Shown here: positions 62,313 to 64,000 of the stretch, piece by piece
Position numbering within the stretch: position 1 is the stretch's first letter
How the letters are laid out: the number at the start of each line of letters is the position of its first letter
Assembly: GCA_963695555.1 (NCBI GenBank)
Contig: CAVOGR010000001.1
Location: 160,001 to 224,000 of the forward strand
Length of the DNA: 64,000 nucleotides
Reading direction: 5' to 3'
Source: an uncultured Gemmatimonadales bacterium
Lineage (GTDB): Bacteria > Gemmatimonadota > Gemmatimonadetes > Gemmatimonadales > GWC2-71-9
The notes under the pieces: model-generated
Seen by the model: only the letters and a program-made list of their open reading frames with translations
Told to the model about the DNA's origin: nothing
Database searches by the model: none
Program-made: the position numbers and the translations under genes

Positions 62313-63569
62313 ATGGTCCCCCCGCTCCGGCTGAGCGCTCCGTGGCTCTATCCGGCCGGGGGGAGTGAAGTATCAGCCATCGAAAACGGCGCCCTGCTGA
62401 TCGACGAGGCCGGGCGGCTCGCTGCCATTGGGCCGGATGCCACGGTTCCCGCGCCCGACGGGTGCAGGCGGGAGCACTTCGCTCGGACCGTCATCATGCC
62501 CGGCCTGGTGAACACCCATACTCATCTCGAGCTCACCGGGTTCGAGGACCGTGTCCTCGACGAGGATTTCGCTTCGTGGATCCGCCACCTCCGGGCGCTC
62601 AAGGAAGAACGCATGCCGGAGGAGTTCCTGGCTGCCGCGCGGCGTGGACTTGCCGACTGCTTCGCGGCCGGTGTGACCACGGTGGCCGACACCGGCGATT
62701 CGGGAGCGGTGATCCGTGCCATGGCGGAAGCCGGTGGCAGCGGCATCGCGTACCAGGAGGTGTTTGGCCCCCACCCGGACCAATGCGAATCGAGCCTCAT
62801 CGGCCTCCAAGCGCGTGTTGCCGAGTTACGCCGGTTCGCGTCGGCCCGGATTCGGCTTGGCGTGTCGCCGCACGCGCCGTACACGGTGAGCGAGCCCCTC
62901 GCGACCGCGGTCATGAACTGGGCCCGGGCGGAGGGCCTTCCGGTGGCGGTTCACATCGCCGAGTCGCCGGCCGAACGGGAGTTTCTGCTGCAGGCGACGG
63001 GTCCGTTCGCGGCGGCATGGAAGACGCGGCAGATTCCGTTGCCCGCGCGCCCCGGCAGCTCGCCGATCGCCTGGCTGGAGTCCTCCGGCGGCTTGACGCC
63101 CGACACGCTCTGTATTCACGCCGTACAGGTCGACGCGGAAGACATCGCGCTGCTCGCGCGGTCCCAGTGCGCGATTGCGCACTGCCCCGGCTCGAACCTC
63201 CGGCACCGGCATGGCGACGCGCCACTCGCGGCGTTTCTCGAGGCCGGCCTCCGGGTGGGTGTCGGGACCGACTCGGTGGCAAGTGTCGGGCGGCTCGACC
63301 TCCTGGCCGAAGCCAGGAGGGCGCGGGCGCTCGCGGGCCTCAGCGCCGCCGCTGCTCTCGATTTGTGCACGGCGGACGCGGCCCGTGCGCTGGGCCTGGA
63401 TGGCGAAGTCGGACGTCTGGCGCCGGGCCTGTGGGGAGACGTGACGGTCGTCAGGGTCGGTGCCGTGACCGACCCCTCCGACATTCCCGAGGCATTGCTC
63501 GAATCTTTACCTGGGCAGGTCGTGGCGACATACGTCGGGGGGCGGAAGGTCCATTCGTTGGCGACTTGA
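62313..63569 (+). CDS. Metal-dependent amidohydrolase (MtaD/aminodeoxyfutalosine deaminase-like)
   Basis: PGLVNTHTHLE, SPHAPYTV, VHIAES, HCPGSN, GTDS. Confidence 0.85.
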   Translation: MVPPLRLSAPWLYPAGGSEVSAIENGALLIDEAGRLAAIGPDATVPAPDGCRREHFARTVIMPGLVNTHTHLELTGFEDRVLDEDFASWIRHLRALKEERMPEEFLAAARRGLADCFAAGVTTVADTGDSGAVIRAMAEAGGSGIAYQEVFGPHPDQCESSLIGLQARVAELRRFASARIRLGVSPHAPYTVSEPLATAVMNWARAEGLPVAVHIAESPAEREFLLQATGPFAAAWKTRQIPLPARPGSSPIAWLESSGGLTPDTLCIHAVQVDAEDIALLARSQCAIAHCPGSNLRHRHGDAPLAAFLEAGLRVGVGTDSVASVGRLDLLAEARRARALAGLSAAAALDLCTADAARALGLDGEVGRLAPGLWGDVTVVRVGAVTDPSDIPEALLESLPGQVVATYVGGRKVHSLAT

Positions 63570-63598
63570 TTCCCAGCGGCATGCCGGCGCTCGCTCTC

Positions 63599-63627
63599 TT
63601 GCCCTCAAATCGAGCCAGCGTTACGAT
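63599..63627 (+). promoter_or_regulatory. Sigma-70 promoter upstream of the HNH gene
   Basis: TTGCCC-N17-TACGAT. Confidence 0.6.
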
Positions 63628-63643
63628 TTAGCTGAGCATGTGG

Positions 63644-63728
63644 TGGGTAGGAGTTCCTTCCAACTCCTGGCTTTTGCCGACTCAATCGAGTGAGCGGCAC
63701 CCAGTGACCTCCCTCCGAAGCGTTGGAG
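63644..63728 (+). promoter_or_regulatory. Structured 5' UTR (three-way junction plus RBS hairpin)
   Basis: Stems TGGGT/ACCCA, AGGAGTT/AACTCCT and GCCG-CTCA/TGAG-CGGC; CTCCGA/TTGGAG covers the SD. Confidence 0.45.
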
Positions 63729-63736
63729 ATGAATAG

Positions 63737-64000
63737 GTGCGCTGCCTAGCCTTGAATGCCTCGTTTGAACCGCTCACGATGGTTCCCGTGCGACGTGCGC
63801 TTAGACTCGTCATCGACGGCAAAGCCGAGATCGTCGAGCCGGAGGGAGTAGACGTATTCCGCAGCGAGCGGATCACGCTGCCGCGTCCGGCCATCATTCG
63901 GCTCGTCAAGTTCATCCACGTGCCCCGCCGGTTTCGTCGGCAGGTAACCAACACCTTCCTGTTTGCACGCGACGGCTATCGCTGTCAGTACTGTCATCGG
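63737..64000 (+). CDS. HNH endonuclease (McrA-like; 3'-partial)
   Basis: Manual translation from GTG 63737: MRCLALNASFEPL...IIRLVKFIHVP...LFARDGYRCQYC; GGAG RBS. Confidence 0.88.
   Translation, partial: MRCLALNASFEPLTMVPVRRALRLVIDGKAEIVEPEGVDVFRSERITLPRPAIIRLVKFIHVPRRFRRQVTNTFLFARDGYRCQYCHR

Noticed and set aside
58792..62314. Long antisense ORFs 58792..60048 (+) and 60968..62314 (-)
   Set aside because: Shadows of tyrS and PBP1A
63644..64000. HNH plus upstream RNA as an IscB/HEARO (OMEGA) element
   Set aside because: N-terminus is the LALNASFEPL McrA-like type with no PLMP or RuvC-I motif; the leader is short and no transposon ends are seen

Overview
High-GC bacterial chromosomal segment made almost entirely of core housekeeping and cell-envelope genes (about 56 CDS; no rRNA, tRNA, CRISPR or IS element seen). 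Gene content and order (short Bacteroidota-like RpoD lacking region 1.1, PorX-type REC-PglZ regulator, TamA/TamB, def-fmt-rsmB-PASTA-rpe, yebC-ruvCAB-queA-tgt-yajC) suggest Gemmatimonadota (inference). Main blocks: a partial GT-C-like membrane protein at the left edge; M48 protease, family-5 UDG and a VWA/AAA+ pair; a sigma-LonN-glcDEF-ygfZ-epimerase operon; dacB-sixA-pduO-aroB; tamAB, lipid kinase, degenerate bEBP, Zn finger, HAD, acpS and cytochrome c/FTR1; a long minus-strand operon from yebC to lgt; an LPS/glycan cluster with porX and msbA; a patatin-ferredoxin fusion, tyrS, PBP1A, an amidohydrolase and a partial HNH nuclease. About 15 single-base frameshifts (13 within 42.5-46.1 kb) look like sequencing or assembly errors. 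The most notable unexplained signals are a DnaA-box/palindrome cluster upstream of the sigma gene, a structured riboswitch-like 5' UTR in front of the HNH gene, a bEBP with degenerate ATPase motifs coupled to an 8-Cys zinc finger, a hidden zinc-ribbon gene between ruvA and ruvB, a TenI-like rather than ThiE-like gene, and several apparently leaderless genes. No clearly complete novel multi-gene system could be established from sequence alone.
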